Part shown: positions 19,641-29,274 of the stretch, piece after piece | Numbering within the stretch: position 1 is the stretch's first letter | How the letters are laid out: each line of letters begins with the position of its first letter | Assembly (NCBI GenBank): GCA_016712475.1 | Contig: JADJRA010000001.1 | Span: forward strand, 1,541,414 to 1,605,413 | Length of the DNA stretch: 64,000 nt | Direction of reading: 5' to 3' | From: Deltaproteobacteria bacterium | Lineage (GTDB): Bacteria; Myxococcota_A; Polyangia; Nannocystales; Nannocystaceae | The notes under the pieces: generated by a model | Databases searched by the model: none | Seen by the model: only the letters and a program-made list of their open reading frames with translations | What the model was told of the DNA's origin: nothing | Position numbers and translations under genes: made by a program

Positions 19641-20711
19641 TCAGGGCAGCGTGTGCTCGGCAAAGAAATCGAGCATGCGCTCGGTGGCGTCGACGGTGTC
19701 ACTGTAGGGGCCGATGAACGAGTAGCACATCTCCGGCGTGCGGCCGGGCCAGCAGTGGCCCATCGGATCGAGGGTGCACATGCGGACGTCGCCGTCGCCG
19801 TCGCAGTCGGTCCACCTGCGGCAGCTGCCGCCGTCGAGTTCCTCGACGATCGGCTCGGGATCGCAGCCGTCGATCTCGACCCAGCGATCGATCGTCGCGT
19901 TCGCGGCGGCGATCGGCACCAGGGGATCCTGCACGCCATTGAAGGCAAACACCGGCATCGGTCGCTCGGGTGTGCAGGTGTCGAGGGGGATCTGGAGCGA
20001 CCCGACCACCGGCGCCACGGCGGCGAAGAGATCCGAGGCCTCGCAGGCGAGGCGGTTCGACATGAAGCCGCCGTTCGACAGCCCCGTGGCGTAGATCCGC
20101 TGGGGGTCGACGCACGCGGCCGACGCGATGTCGGCGACCACGGCGCGGATGAAACCGACATCGTCGACGCCGCCCGCCGACGAGTTGCCGCAGCACGCAC
20201 CGGCGTTCCACGAGTTGTTCAACCCCTCGGGATGGGCGACGACGATGCCGCGAGGATCGGCGGCGTCGATCATCTGCGACCACTGCGACTGCATCGTCGG
20301 GTTGGACAGGAAGCCATGCATGTTGACGATGAGCGGCGCCGAGGACTCGGCGGTCGGCGAGACGTGGAGGTAGTAGCGTCGTTCGACACCGTCGAAGTCG
20401 AGCGTGCGCTCGTAGTCGCCGGGCGCCAGGGGCAGCTCCACGTCGCAACCCGCCGCCGGCGGGCCGCTGTCCTCCGACGAGCTGCCGTCGCTGTCGCCCG
20501 CGCCGTCGGTGGTGTCGGCCGTGGTGGGCTCGGCCGTGGTCGCGCCGCCGGTGGTCACGCCACCCTCGGTGGAGGAACCCGCAGTGCTCGCCCCGGCCTC
20601 CGAGGAGCCGGAGCTGCCGGAGCTGCTGCCGTCTTCGCTCCCGCCGCCCGAACCACCCGTCGAGCCACACGCACCGAGCACCAAGCAGATCGATCCGACG
20701 AGAGTCCGCAT
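19641..20711 (-). CDS. Esterase of the PHB-depolymerase (LpqC-like) family; lipoprotein.
   Basis: Start MRTLVGSICLVLGACG. A GxSxG-type nucleophile elbow (ATGLSNGGFMSN). The overall fold pattern resembles COG3509-type esterases. Confidence 0.6.
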   Translation of the reverse strand: MRTLVGSICLVLGACGSTGGSGGGSEDGSSSGSSGSSEAGASTAGSSTEGGVTTGGATTAEPTTADTTDGAGDSDGSSSEDSGPPAAGCDVELPLAPGDYERTLDFDGVERRYYLHVSPTAESSAPLIVNMHGFLSNPTMQSQWSQMIDAADPRGIVVAHPEGLNNSWNAGACCGNSSAGGVDDVGFIRAVVADIASAACVDPQRIYATGLSNGGFMSNRLACEASDLFAAVAPVVGSLQIPLDTCTPERPMPVFAFNGVQDPLVPIAAANATIDRWVEIDGCDPEPIVEELDGGSCRRWTDCDGDGDVRMCTLDPMGHCWPGRTPEMCYSFIGPYSDTVDATERMLDFFAEHTLP

Positions 20712-20839
20712 GAGGGTGCGCTTGGGTTGGATCCGAGGCGCGCGAGGTTCCGGCGATGCCCGCGACCACGGGCGACGCCGGCTCGGACCGCGTTCGTCGA
20801 GGCTTGTCCGGGGCGAGCGCAGTGCGATCGGGCACCGCG

Positions 20840-21982
20840 TCATCGCAGGCGCTTGCTCGCCTCGAGGCGCTCGCTCGCGTAGCCCCGCTGCAGCAGCCCG
20901 CGCACGAGCCGACTCCGGTAGATCCCGCTGCCGACCAGCACGTCCATCGCGTCCTGCACCGCCAGCCGCATGGCGCTGGGCACCGCGATGTCGGCGAAGC
21001 GCCGCCGCTTCATCTGCGCGAGCGCGGCCGCGGTGCCGCCGTGCAGCGCGGCCTCACCCGCGAGCATGCCGGTGTGCAGCGCCTGCCAGATACCCTCGCC
21101 CGCGAGCGGGTCGACGTTGTAGCCGGCGTCGCCCGCCACCAAGAGTCCGGGCACGGTGTGCGGCGCCGGTGGGACCGCCAGCGGCAACGCCCAGCTGCGC
21201 GTGCGACCGACCAGCTGCGCGTGTGCGAAGCGATCGCGGTGCGTGGCCTTGAACGCCTCGAACAACGCGACCAACGAGCGGCCGTGGGCGTGGAATCGAT
21301 CCGCGCGCTGGTACACGCCGACGTTCGCGACGCCATCGACAGCCGGGAAGATCCAGCCATAGCCCGCCCGCAGATCGTGCTCGAAGAAGTGCTCGGCGGC
21401 GTCGGGCCACGCGCCCGGTTCCACGCCCGTCATGTACGCCGTGAGCGCGACCGCGAGGTGTCGGCCGCGACGGTACGGCTGCCCGAGCGCGCTCTGGGCC
21501 AGCGAGCCCGGCCCGTCCGCCGCGATCACGACGTCGGCATGCAGGCACTCGCCGCCGGCGAGCTCGACCCCGGTCACGCGCGCGCCGATGCGGCGCAACC
21601 CGGTCGCGCGGACCCCCTCGCGCAGCTCCGCGCCAGCGCGCTCGAGCCCGCCGCGCAGCGCGTCGTCCAACGCGAGCCGCGGCACGATGTAGCCCGGCCG
21701 CGCGCCGAAGCTGCGGACGATCGCACCGGCCTCGGGCAGCAACGCGACGCCGGTGTCGACCCGTGCGTGGGGCACGGCCGCCAGCGCGCTCGCGGCATCG
21801 CGTGCGCCAGTGAACTCCGCGAACAGCTCGGCGGCGCGGTTCGAGATCGCGTCGCCGCAGGTCTTCGGCCGCGGAAATCTCGCGCGATCGATCACGATCA
21901 CGCGCGCGCCGGCGCGCGCGACCACCGTGCCCGCCGCGCAGCCGGCCGGCCCGGCGCCGATGATCACGACATCGATGGGCAT
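20840..21982 (-). CDS. FAD-dependent oxidoreductase, geranylgeranyl-reductase family.
   Basis: Rossmann dinucleotide-binding motif (VVIIGAGPAGCAAG), the GDA motif (TCGDAISNRA), and a typical length of about 380 aa. Confidence 0.8.
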   Translation of the reverse strand: MPIDVVIIGAGPAGCAAGTVVARAGARVIVIDRARFPRPKTCGDAISNRAAELFAEFTGARDAASALAAVPHARVDTGVALLPEAGAIVRSFGARPGYIVPRLALDDALRGGLERAGAELREGVRATGLRRIGARVTGVELAGGECLHADVVIAADGPGSLAQSALGQPYRRGRHLAVALTAYMTGVEPGAWPDAAEHFFEHDLRAGYGWIFPAVDGVANVGVYQRADRFHAHGRSLVALFEAFKATHRDRFAHAQLVGRTRSWALPLAVPPAPHTVPGLLVAGDAGYNVDPLAGEGIWQALHTGMLAGEAALHGGTAAALAQMKRRRFADIAVPSAMRLAVQDAMDVLVGSGIYRSRLVRGLLQRGYASERLEASKRLR

Positions 21983-21985
21983 GCG

Positions 21986-23599
21986 TCAGCGGGCCGCCAC
22001 GCCGACGAGGCGATCGTTGGCGGTCGTGCGGTAGATCCACCGGTTGTCGGGGGTGGTGAACGACCAGATGCGCGTGGGGTCGTGGCTCTCGTCGAGCTCG
22101 CGCACGCGCGCGTTGACCTGGCCCTGGGCGCCGAAGATCGCGGCGTCGGTCACCAGCAGGTGGCCACCGGCGATGCGATCGGCGTCGCCGGCGAAGATCA
22201 CCTGGAACGGTGGCTCGTCGTCCTCCCACGCCACGCTCGCGGTCATGCCGACGTCGTCGAGTGCGTAGCGGACCGCACGGGTCTCGACCGCCAGCGGCGA
22301 GATGTACGGGTTGCCGTTGCCGTTGTCGAACAGCAGCAGCGTGCCGTCGTCCTGCCACTGCGGCGCGTGCTGGTGGAAGAACCACGTGTCGCCACCATCG
22401 AGGGCGAAGTCGCCTTCGTCACCCAAGCGCCACAGCACGTCGCCGGTCGCGTAGTCGATCGCGATGATCCAGTCCTGGTGACGCAGGGACATCGTGATCA
22501 CACCGGTGGTCTCGTCGAGCAACACCGCGTTGGCATGGGTCCAGTCGAGCGCACTCTCGCCATCGACGGGATTGACGATGAGGTCCTCGCCGTTCTCGCG
22601 GCGCCGCTGCGGATCGAGGTGATCGAACGAGTTCCAGCTCCACACCACATCGCCGTCGAGGGTGAACTCGACGATGGTGTCACCGACGGTGTAGCGGGTG
22701 CCGAGGTCGGGGTAGTCGACGTCGCGGAAGTCCTGCGAGATGGCCATGAAGTTGCCGTTCGACAGCTCGATGACGTCGTGGTGCAGCGTCGGCAGCCCGA
22801 GGTCGACGGCGTGGATCTCGGTGAGCACGTTGCCGAGCTCGTCGCGGATCCAGAACGTGTCGCCGCTGATGCCGAGGATCGTGCCGTCGGCGCGCAGCCG
22901 CACGGCCACCCACACCGCCGGCGGACCCACCAGGGTCGTGGGCGCCGAGAGGTACCAGCGGGTGATGCCGGCCGGATCGATCATGATCGCACCCGCGAAG
23001 TCGCCGGCCGGCCACGGGTTCCAGTCCGACATGCGAAAGAGCGGCGCAGGCTCGACGTCGCTGGTCTCGAGCGCGAAGGCGCCGACGAAGCCGTTCAACG
23101 CCGCCGGCGTCTCGAACTCGACCTCACCGCTCGTAGCCGCGCCGCCCTCGGTGGCCGCGACCTCGAACTGCAGCGTGTGCATGGTCGCCGGTGCCAGGCC
23201 ACGCACGCGGAAGTGCAGGTGCGTGTCGTCGCCGCCCTCGGTCGCCGCGATCACCACGCCCTGATCGGTGGCGTGTGCGACGCTCGCCGAGCCGGCCGCG
23301 CTCAGCGTCAGCACGAGATCGGCGACCATCGGCTGGCCGTCGTAGGTGGTGATCTCGGCCTCGACCTCGATCGGCACCACGCCGCTCGAGCTGTCGGCCG
23401 CGCTGCTCGAGCTGTCGGCCGACGTGGTCGTCGCGCTCGTCATCGTGGTCGATGCAGTGGTGGTCGCGGTCTCGCTGCCGCCGTCACTCGACGACGACGA
23501 CGACGCGCCGGCCTCGTCGGCGGCGGCACCATCGTCGGCGCAGCCGGGGGCAAAGGGCACGAGCGCGAGCGAAATCCAAGTCTTCGTCAGGGCCTTCAT
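21986..23599 (-). CDS. Arylsulfotransferase (ASST)-like beta-propeller lipoprotein.
   Basis: Lipobox signal (MKALTKTWISLALVPFAPGCADDG). Composition and length are reminiscent of the ASST family. It lies 4 bp downstream of the oxidoreductase in the same orientation. Confidence 0.5.
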   Translation of the reverse strand: MKALTKTWISLALVPFAPGCADDGAAADEAGASSSSSSDGGSETATTTASTTMTSATTTSADSSSSAADSSSGVVPIEVEAEITTYDGQPMVADLVLTLSAAGSASVAHATDQGVVIAATEGGDDTHLHFRVRGLAPATMHTLQFEVAATEGGAATSGEVEFETPAALNGFVGAFALETSDVEPAPLFRMSDWNPWPAGDFAGAIMIDPAGITRWYLSAPTTLVGPPAVWVAVRLRADGTILGISGDTFWIRDELGNVLTEIHAVDLGLPTLHHDVIELSNGNFMAISQDFRDVDYPDLGTRYTVGDTIVEFTLDGDVVWSWNSFDHLDPQRRRENGEDLIVNPVDGESALDWTHANAVLLDETTGVITMSLRHQDWIIAIDYATGDVLWRLGDEGDFALDGGDTWFFHQHAPQWQDDGTLLLFDNGNGNPYISPLAVETRAVRYALDDVGMTASVAWEDDEPPFQVIFAGDADRIAGGHLLVTDAAIFGAQGQVNARVRELDESHDPTRIWSFTTPDNRWIYRTTANDRLVGVAAR

Positions 23600-23716
23600 G
23601 GGGGCCCTTGGAGCCTGCCACATCGGCGCGTGGCGAGCGTGGGACGGCGCTCGTGCGTTCTCACCCACCCTCGTCGATGCGTTCGTGGCACGGAACCACT
23701 GGTGCCGCGGCCAAGG

Positions 23717-24649
23717 CTACGAGCCTGCGTTGCAGCGACCCAGCACGCAGCGCGCCCCCGAAGGGCAGCCAGCATCGACGACGCACTCGCGGTCGCCGGA
23801 CAGGCACGCCCCGACCTCGCAGCGGGTGCCGCCGGGGCAATCGCCGTCCTTCCAGCAGTGGCGCGCGCCGCCGAGGCAGCGACCGAACTCGCACCGCGCC
23901 TCGCCCTCGCAGTCGAGATCGCGCTCGCACTCGCGCTTGCCGGTCGCGCAGCGGCCCATCTCGCAGCGACGCTCGCCGCCGCAGTCGCGATCGACCATGC
24001 ACTGCCTCGTGCCCTCGGTGCAGCGATTGAACTGGCACCGCTTGCCGGCGGCGCAGTCGGCATCGCGCAGGCAGTCGCGACCGCCCTCGACGCAGCGACC
24101 GAACACGCAGCGACGCTCGTTGCTCGCGCCGCAGTCGACGTCGAGCAGGCACTCGCCCGCGGTCGCGACACAGGCCCCGAACATGCACAGCTGATCGCTC
24201 TCGGGGCACGCTCGTCCGTCGCCGCAGCTGCGCACACCTGGCAGGCAGGTCGATTGCTCGCAGCGCGCAGCGGCGCCGCAGTCGTCGTCCTTCTCGCAGT
24301 TGTGCTCGCCGTCGACGCAGAAGCCCCCGTTGCAGCGCTCCCACGGACTGCACTCCGCATCACGCTTGCACGTGGTCAGCACGATCTCGCCGCCACCACC
24401 GGGCCCCGGTGGCAGACGGATCTCGTGGGGCAGCTCGGGCGGAGGTTGGGGTGTCGTCGCATCGGGCGTCCCCTCGGATGCGACCGTGGGCGGCTTCGGA
24501 CGCGGCGTCACGGGGCCGGGCGTCCGCGGCGGAGCGGGTCGCTCGACCCGCACCGCCGGCGTGGTCGTGCGCGGCCGGACCACGACCCACGCAGTGGTCC
24601 CGACCACCGTCGTCGCCGCCGCCACCAGGGCCCATCCGACCAGACGCAT
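23717..24649 (-). CDS. Membrane-anchored protein with multiple myxobacterial cysteine-rich repeats.
   Basis: N-terminal TM segment (MRLVGWALVAAATTVV), a Pro-rich linker, then about ten C..G.C......C.D.DC repeats. Confidence 0.7.
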   Translation of the reverse strand: MRLVGWALVAAATTVVGTTAWVVVRPRTTTPAVRVERPAPPRTPGPVTPRPKPPTVASEGTPDATTPQPPPELPHEIRLPPGPGGGGEIVLTTCKRDAECSPWERCNGGFCVDGEHNCEKDDDCGAAARCEQSTCLPGVRSCGDGRACPESDQLCMFGACVATAGECLLDVDCGASNERRCVFGRCVEGGRDCLRDADCAAGKRCQFNRCTEGTRQCMVDRDCGGERRCEMGRCATGKRECERDLDCEGEARCEFGRCLGGARHCWKDGDCPGGTRCEVGACLSGDRECVVDAGCPSGARCVLGRCNAGS

Positions 24650-24728
24650 GCAGGTGAGCACGATGGTAGTGCATCGAGTGCGCCGTTGCGAACCCAACGC
24701 CCGGGCGTGGGTGCTCGCGATGCCAGTG

Positions 24729-24798
24729 TCACTGGTGTCGTTTGGGGTGTCGTTTGGGGTGTCGCTCGGGGCATCGCTCGGGGCGTCGCCTGGGGGTG
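24729..24798 (+). repeat. Five imperfect 12-nt tandem units, each ending in GGGG (TGTCGTTTGGGG x2, TGTCGCTCGGGG, CATCGCTCGGGG, CGTCGCCTGGGG).
   Basis: Directly visible. It is intergenic, between the divergent starts at 24649 (minus) and 24814 (plus). Confidence 0.6.
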
Positions 24799-24813
24799 CT
24801 ACGATCGCGCGCC

Positions 24814-25608
24814 ATGTCCGGTTCCGATCGCGTCCTTCTCACCGTGACCGAGCACGTCGCCCACGTGCGACTGAACCGCCCCGACAAGCGCAACGGTCTC
24901 GACTTCGCGATGTTCGACGCGTTGGTGCGCACGGGGCTGTCGCTGCGCGATCGCGGCGACGTGCGGGCGGTGGTGCTGTCGGGCGAGGGCAAGGCCTTCT
25001 GCGCCGGGCTCGATTGGATGGCGTTCCTCGGCGGTGATGCCTCGCGCCGCGCCGAGCTGTTGCTGCGCGACGACGACAGCCCGGCCAACCTCGCCCAGCG
25101 CGCGTGCTGGATCTGGACCGAGCTCTCGATGCCGGTCATCGCGGTGGTGCACGGCGCGACCTTCGGTGGCGGCCTGCAGCTGGCGCTCGCGGCCGACCTG
25201 CGGCTGCTCGCCCGCGACGCGCAGCTGTCGGTGATGGAGATCCGCTACGGCCTCGTGCCCGACATGACCGCGTCGCAGACGCTGCTCCGACTGGTGCGCG
25301 ACGACCTGGCGCGCGAGCTGGTCTACACCGGCCGCGTGGTCGAGGCCGAAGAGGCGGTGCGCCTGGGGCTCGGCACCCGCGTGTGCGACGATCCGCTGGC
25401 CGAGGCACTGGCGCTGGCGCGCACCATCGCGGGCGCGTCGCCCTCGGCGATGCGCAGCGCCAAGCAGCTGTGCACGACCTCACCGCAGCTGTCGACCGCC
25501 GACGCGCTGCGGCTCGAGACCGAGCTACAGCTGGGCCTGCTCGGCACCGCCGAGCAGATGGAGGCGGTCAGCGCCTCGATGCAGAAGCGCGTGCCGGTGT
25601 TCGAGTAG
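24814..25608 (+). CDS. Enoyl-CoA hydratase/isomerase (crotonase) family protein.
   Basis: Crotonase-fold signature (VAHVRLNRPDKRNGLD...VVLSGEGKAFCAGLD). Confidence 0.85.
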   Translation: MSGSDRVLLTVTEHVAHVRLNRPDKRNGLDFAMFDALVRTGLSLRDRGDVRAVVLSGEGKAFCAGLDWMAFLGGDASRRAELLLRDDDSPANLAQRACWIWTELSMPVIAVVHGATFGGGLQLALAADLRLLARDAQLSVMEIRYGLVPDMTASQTLLRLVRDDLARELVYTGRVVEAEEAVRLGLGTRVCDDPLAEALALARTIAGASPSAMRSAKQLCTTSPQLSTADALRLETELQLGLLGTAEQMEAVSASMQKRVPVFE

Positions 25609-25642
25609 CGACGGCGCACGCGGCCGAGCCTTCGGCCCGTGC

Positions 25643-26668
25643 TCAGGCCGGGCGCAGCAGCTCGACCGCGAACCACTGCCGCTCGTCGGTCCACGCGCGA
25701 TCGACCCGCAGGCCCGCCGCGCGGGCCATCAGCGCGAAATCGTGGGGCCGGTACTTGTGCGAGTACTCGGTGACGATCGACTCGCCGTCGCGGAAGCGGA
25801 ACCGCTGCCCGGCGACGGTGACGATCTGCGCGCAGGTCGATACCAGCGTCATCACCACCCGCGACTGTGCATCGTCGACGAACGCGCGGTGACGGAAGCG
25901 CATCGGCTCGAAGTCAGCCCCGAGCTCGCGGTTGATGCGATGCAGCAGGTTGAGGTTGAACTCCGCGGTCACGCCGGCGGCGTCGTCGTAGGCGGGCTCG
26001 AGGATGGTCGGCGATTTCATCAGGTCGATGCCGATGAGCACCGCACCACCGGGGCCGGCCATGTGACGCATGCTCTCGAGCAGGGCGATGGCCCGCGGGC
26101 GCTCGAAGTTGCCGATCGTCGAGCCGGGGAAGTAGACCACCCGCGGGGCCGGCACCGCGGGCAACGGCAGCGGTCGCATGAAGTCGCCCGCGACCGGGAG
26201 GATCTCGATCGCGGGGTACTGTCGCCGCAGGCCGACCGCGGTGGCCTCGAGGTGCTCGCGCGAGATGTCGACTGGGACGTAGCTGCGCGGCCGATCGAGC
26301 GCATCGAGCAGCAGCCGGCTCTTGGTCGAGCTGCCGCTGCCGAGCTCGATGATGCTCGCGCCGGGGCCGATCGCATCGGCCATCGCGCCGGCGTACTCGG
26401 CCATCAGCGCCAGCTCGGTGCGAGTGACGTAGTACTCGGGCAGATCGCAGATCGCGTCGAACAGCGCCGAGCCGCGCTCGTCGTAGAAGAACTCGGTCGG
26501 CAGGCGCTTGTCGGGCCGCGCGAGCCCCTCGAGCACGAGCGCACGGAAGCGGTCGACACCGGCGAGCGCGTTGGCGGGCTCTTGATCGAGCACCGCCGTG
26601 GAGTCGGCGAACGCGTCGTCGCGGTCGAGGCCTTGCCGCGCGGTGCGGGGCGATGCTGGACGTGTCAT
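25643..26668 (-). CDS. egtD: L-histidine N-alpha-methyltransferase EgtD (ergothioneine biosynthesis).
   Basis: EgtD-specific blocks FFYDERGSALFDAICDLPEYYVTRTE, IIELGSGSSTKSRLLLDAL, YVPVDIS and FPGSTIGNF. Length is about 340 aa. Confidence 0.85.
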   Translation of the reverse strand: MTRPASPRTARQGLDRDDAFADSTAVLDQEPANALAGVDRFRALVLEGLARPDKRLPTEFFYDERGSALFDAICDLPEYYVTRTELALMAEYAGAMADAIGPGASIIELGSGSSTKSRLLLDALDRPRSYVPVDISREHLEATAVGLRRQYPAIEILPVAGDFMRPLPLPAVPAPRVVYFPGSTIGNFERPRAIALLESMRHMAGPGGAVLIGIDLMKSPTILEPAYDDAAGVTAEFNLNLLHRINRELGADFEPMRFRHRAFVDDAQSRVVMTLVSTCAQIVTVAGQRFRFRDGESIVTEYSHKYRPHDFALMARAAGLRVDRAWTDERQWFAVELLRPA

Positions 26669-27963
26669 GGATCCCTCACGAGTCGAATGCCCGAAAACTG
26701 CCAGCGTGCAGCCGGGTCGAAGAAGTTGCGGTACGTCGGGCGGACGTGCGAGCCCGGTGTGACACAAGATCCACCACGCAGCACGAACTGGTTGCACATG
26801 AATTTTCCGTTGTACTCGCCGAGTGCACCGGCGGGCGCGCGGTATCCGGGGTAGCCCCCATACGCGCTGGCAGTCCACTCCCAGGCATCGCCGAACAGCT
26901 GGGCGGGAAGCGAGGTCGCGGTGTCGCAATCCGTCACGGGGCACGGATGCAACCCGCCCACCTCGACGAAGTTACCGACCATCGGAGCGCCCGCCGCGTT
27001 CGACTCCCACTCCTGCTCGGTCGGCAGGCGTGCGTCGGCCCAGCGTGCGTAGGCATCGGCCTCGAAGTAGCTGACGTGGGTCACCGGCGCCGCGAGCTCG
27101 AGCGGGCGCTGGCCGGCGAGCGTGAACTCCTCGAAGCCATCACCGGTCGCGCGCCAGTACGCGGGCGCGTCCCAGCCGTGCGTCATCACGGTGTCGTAGC
27201 CGATCGACAGCCACAGCTCGGGCCGGCGATAGCCGCCGTCCTCGACGAATGCGAGGAACTCGCCGTTGGTCACCAGCCGCGAGGCCAGCGCGAACGGCTG
27301 CAAGAACGCGCGGTGACGCGGGCCCTCGTTGTCGAAGGCGAAGCCGCGGCCGTCATGGCCGATCTCGACCACGCCGCCGTCGTCGGGCAGCCATCGCAGC
27401 GGTGTCGTCGCGACCGCTGGCCGCGTCGGCTGCTCGCGGTACACCGGCGCGATCTGGTTGCACGCGAACGCATGCAGCAGATCGGTGAGGATCAGCTCCT
27501 GATGCTGCTGCTCGTGGTGCAGCCCCAGCTCCACGATCGCGAGCACTGCAGGCGGCAACGTGCCGGCCGCGAGCGCCCGATCGATCGCGTCGTCGACGTG
27601 GGCGCGGAACGCCAGCACATCGGTGAGACCCGGCCGCGAGAGCACGCCGCGGGACGGCCGCGGATGGGCCGGACCGACCGACACGTAGTAGGAATTGAAC
27701 AGCGCGGCGTAGCGTTCATCGAGCGGTCGGTAGCGCGGCACGTGGGGCCGCAGCACGAAGGTCTCGAAGAACCACGCGGTATGGGCGAGGTGCCACTTCA
27801 CCGGACTGGCGTCCGGCATCGACTGGATCTGCATGTCCTCGGGCGACAGACCTGCGGTCAGCGCCGAGGTGGCCGAGCGCACCGCTTGGTAGCTCGCGCG
27901 GGGATCGTCGGCGAAGGCCTGCGTGAGCGCGCGAGGAGGCGGCACGTGGGACGCATTCGTCAT
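26665..27963 (-). CDS. egtB: Ergothioneine biosynthesis sulfoxide synthase EgtB (DinB_2 + FGE-sulfatase fold).
   Basis: DinB-like N-terminus (HLAHTAWFFETFVL, HHEQQHQELI) and FGE-like C-terminus (GDAWEWTASAY, GGSCVTP). It overlaps the egtD start by 4 bp. Confidence 0.85.
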   Translation of the reverse strand: MTNASHVPPPRALTQAFADDPRASYQAVRSATSALTAGLSPEDMQIQSMPDASPVKWHLAHTAWFFETFVLRPHVPRYRPLDERYAALFNSYYVSVGPAHPRPSRGVLSRPGLTDVLAFRAHVDDAIDRALAAGTLPPAVLAIVELGLHHEQQHQELILTDLLHAFACNQIAPVYREQPTRPAVATTPLRWLPDDGGVVEIGHDGRGFAFDNEGPRHRAFLQPFALASRLVTNGEFLAFVEDGGYRRPELWLSIGYDTVMTHGWDAPAYWRATGDGFEEFTLAGQRPLELAAPVTHVSYFEADAYARWADARLPTEQEWESNAAGAPMVGNFVEVGGLHPCPVTDCDTATSLPAQLFGDAWEWTASAYGGYPGYRAPAGALGEYNGKFMCNQFVLRGGSCVTPGSHVRPTYRNFFDPAARWQFSGIRLVRDP

Positions 27964-28092
27964 CGGGGCCCGCGAGGTTACCGACCGCAGTCGAAAGCCG
28001 GCGCAGCAATCGACCCCGCGAACACGAGCACGCTCACGGCGAGCGGTGCGATCCTGCCCTCGGCGCGATCACGGTTACACGCGTGCAACACC

Positions 28093-29061
28093 ATGGCGGT
28101 GGACGTGGCGCGATCATCGACGCTCGTCGGCGTGCTCGTGCTCGCAGCCTGCGTGCCGCTGGTGGACGGCACGGTCGCGCAGTCCGAGCCGCAGAGCACG
28201 GGTGAGCTCGGCGGCGACGCGCTCGACCCCTCGGCCACGAACGCCGAGTCCGGCGCCACCACGCCGCCCGATGCCAGCAGTGGCGATGGCACCGACGGCG
28301 CCGGCACCACCAAGGGCTCCGACGCCGAGGGCAGCACGGGCGTGCACGCCACCGACGGCTCCGACGGCAGCAATGACAGCAGCGGCAGCAACGGCGAGAC
28401 GAGCGACCCCGACGGGTCGTCGTCGACCACCGCGTCGCCGCCCGCCGAGCTCGCGCACTATCGCATTCGCATCGACAACACATGGTCGGAGCGCACCCAC
28501 CCCGGCACGGATCCCAGCTTGGTGCCCGAGTACGCGCACTTCTCGTGGCTCGGCGGCGCGACCCACGACGACGGCGCGGATTTCTGGGAGCTCGGTGCGC
28601 TCGCGAGCCCGGGCATGGTCCAGATGGCCGAGAGCGGCCTGACACTGGTGTTGATGGACGAGGTCCAGGCTGCGATCGACGGTGGCCATGCCGACGCCGC
28701 ACTCAGCTGGCAGCAGTGGTTTTGTCCGCCCGCGACCGACGTGCCCGGCTGCGGCGAGCCCGAGGTCGAGATCGACGTCACGCAGGCCTTCTCCCGCGTG
28801 ACGCTGGTGAGCATGCTGGGACCGAGCCCCGATCTGTTCATCGGTGTCGACGGCCTGCCGCTGTTCGTCGACGGCGCGTGGGTGCAGACCCTCGTCGTCG
28901 ATCTGCACCCCTACGACGGCGGCACCCGCAGCGACCACGACTTCACGATGGATGGCGCGCTGCAGCTGCCACCGCTGCCGATCAGCGTCATCGCGTCGAC
29001 CGACGACCACATCCTGGGCCCCGGCTCGCTCGGCACGATGACGTTCGAACGGCTGTGGTGA
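28093..29061 (+). CDS. Secreted lipoprotein with a spondin_N-like domain.
   Basis: Start MAVDVARSSTLVGVLVLAAC, an S/T/G/D-rich linker, then HYRIRIDNTWSERTHPG...FSWLGGATH, which is typical of spondin N-terminal domains. Confidence 0.6.
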   Translation: MAVDVARSSTLVGVLVLAACVPLVDGTVAQSEPQSTGELGGDALDPSATNAESGATTPPDASSGDGTDGAGTTKGSDAEGSTGVHATDGSDGSNDSSGSNGETSDPDGSSSTTASPPAELAHYRIRIDNTWSERTHPGTDPSLVPEYAHFSWLGGATHDDGADFWELGALASPGMVQMAESGLTLVLMDEVQAAIDGGHADAALSWQQWFCPPATDVPGCGEPEVEIDVTQAFSRVTLVSMLGPSPDLFIGVDGLPLFVDGAWVQTLVVDLHPYDGGTRSDHDFTMDGALQLPPLPISVIASTDDHILGPGSLGTMTFERLW

Positions 29062-29274
29062 CGGCCCCCGCACGCGGGGATGGTTTCGAGCGGGCGCCGG
29101 CGGCACATCGCTTGGGTCGATCGCGGGATTTCTCGACCTCGACGGGGGCAACGACGCGTCGTCGGTGATACACCTCGGCCCACGATGGGGGGTTCGAGCA
29201 AGCTTCGCCGCACACTCGCAACGCATCGCTCGCAGGGCCGTGGGTCCACGCGCGGGTTCTCGCCGTGGCGCACG

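Noticed and set aside
20756-24847. 1363-aa plus-strand ORF
   Set aside because: Runs antisense through three well-supported minus-strand genes (oxidoreductase, ASST-like, Cys-repeat protein). It has no motifs, extreme Arg/Ala bias and no plausible start context.
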